From Takakia lepidozioides (taxonomy: Eukaryota; Plantae; Bryophyta): DNA of 64,000 nt. Below are positions 63,641 to 64,000 of the stretch, piece after piece. Under the pieces are notes generated by a model. It saw only the letters and a list, made by a program, of their open reading frames with translations. It was not told where the DNA came from and did not search any database. Position 1 is the first letter of the stretch. Every line of letters begins with the position of its first letter. The stretch is taken from assembly GCA_030704615.1 (NCBI GenBank), contig CM060732.1, positions 4,216,001 to 4,280,000 of the forward strand. The letters run 5' to 3'. A program made the position numbers and the translations under genes.

Positions 63641-64000
63641 AGAGTGGACAATGACATCAAACCGACAACCTTGACTCCATATAGCGCCATCAAGAACAAC
63701 AAATGTCCGAAAAACTGGAAGGTGCCTCTCTTTACCTCCACAAACGCTCGTGGACACGGCTTCAACTTCAGCATGCTGCTGTCAGGCATACATACAAATA
63801 CCTCTCTACATAGCTGCATGCATCATTCAGTGTTTTAGTGGGCAATGAATGCACTGCTGAGTTAGAACCTAAGCCTTCAAAAGGATGTATGTACAAGCAT
63901 GCATTCAGATGACAAGTTTAGGAGACACGTACCCCCGGATCGTTGAAAAATTGCGTCCACGCCTCTGAGAGGGCTTGTTGTAGTGGACCTCCTAAATGCA

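Overview
This window looks like eukaryotic transposon-rich DNA, probably from a non-seed land plant. That host call is inference from a PLS-class PPR remnant, spliceosomal introns, a chromovirus, a PHD-finger Ty3 element and an RLE-type LINE. I see no intact host housekeeping gene. The region is a nested stack of decayed elements: several Ty3/gypsy remnants, two CACTA TnpD remnants, a Helitron helicase, an L1 ORF1, an RLE-type LINE and at least six pieces of an unusual Mutator-like (MULE) group. These MULE transposases have an N-terminal unknown domain, a GCM/WRKY-like Zn finger, a DDE core and a SWIM finger. Two things stand out. (1) Each of three MULE subfamilies carries its own palindromic motif, all with a GGCGCC-derived centre. 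The motifs sit in arrays spaced about 53 or 94-96 bp apart (near-integer helical turns), next to divergently oriented unknown accessory ORFs, and the subfamilies share a CATGAGCGG-rich terminus. This architecture is reminiscent of VANDAL/VANC anti-silencing systems. (2) A four-exon, frame-intact gene segment at 16144-18026 encodes a bacterial-type beta-class N4C/N6A DNA-methyltransferase-like protein with degenerate catalytic motifs. Its first visible exon has a homolog inside one of the MULE array elements. All calls come from reading the sequence by eye; no database searches were run, and boundaries of decayed elements are approximate.
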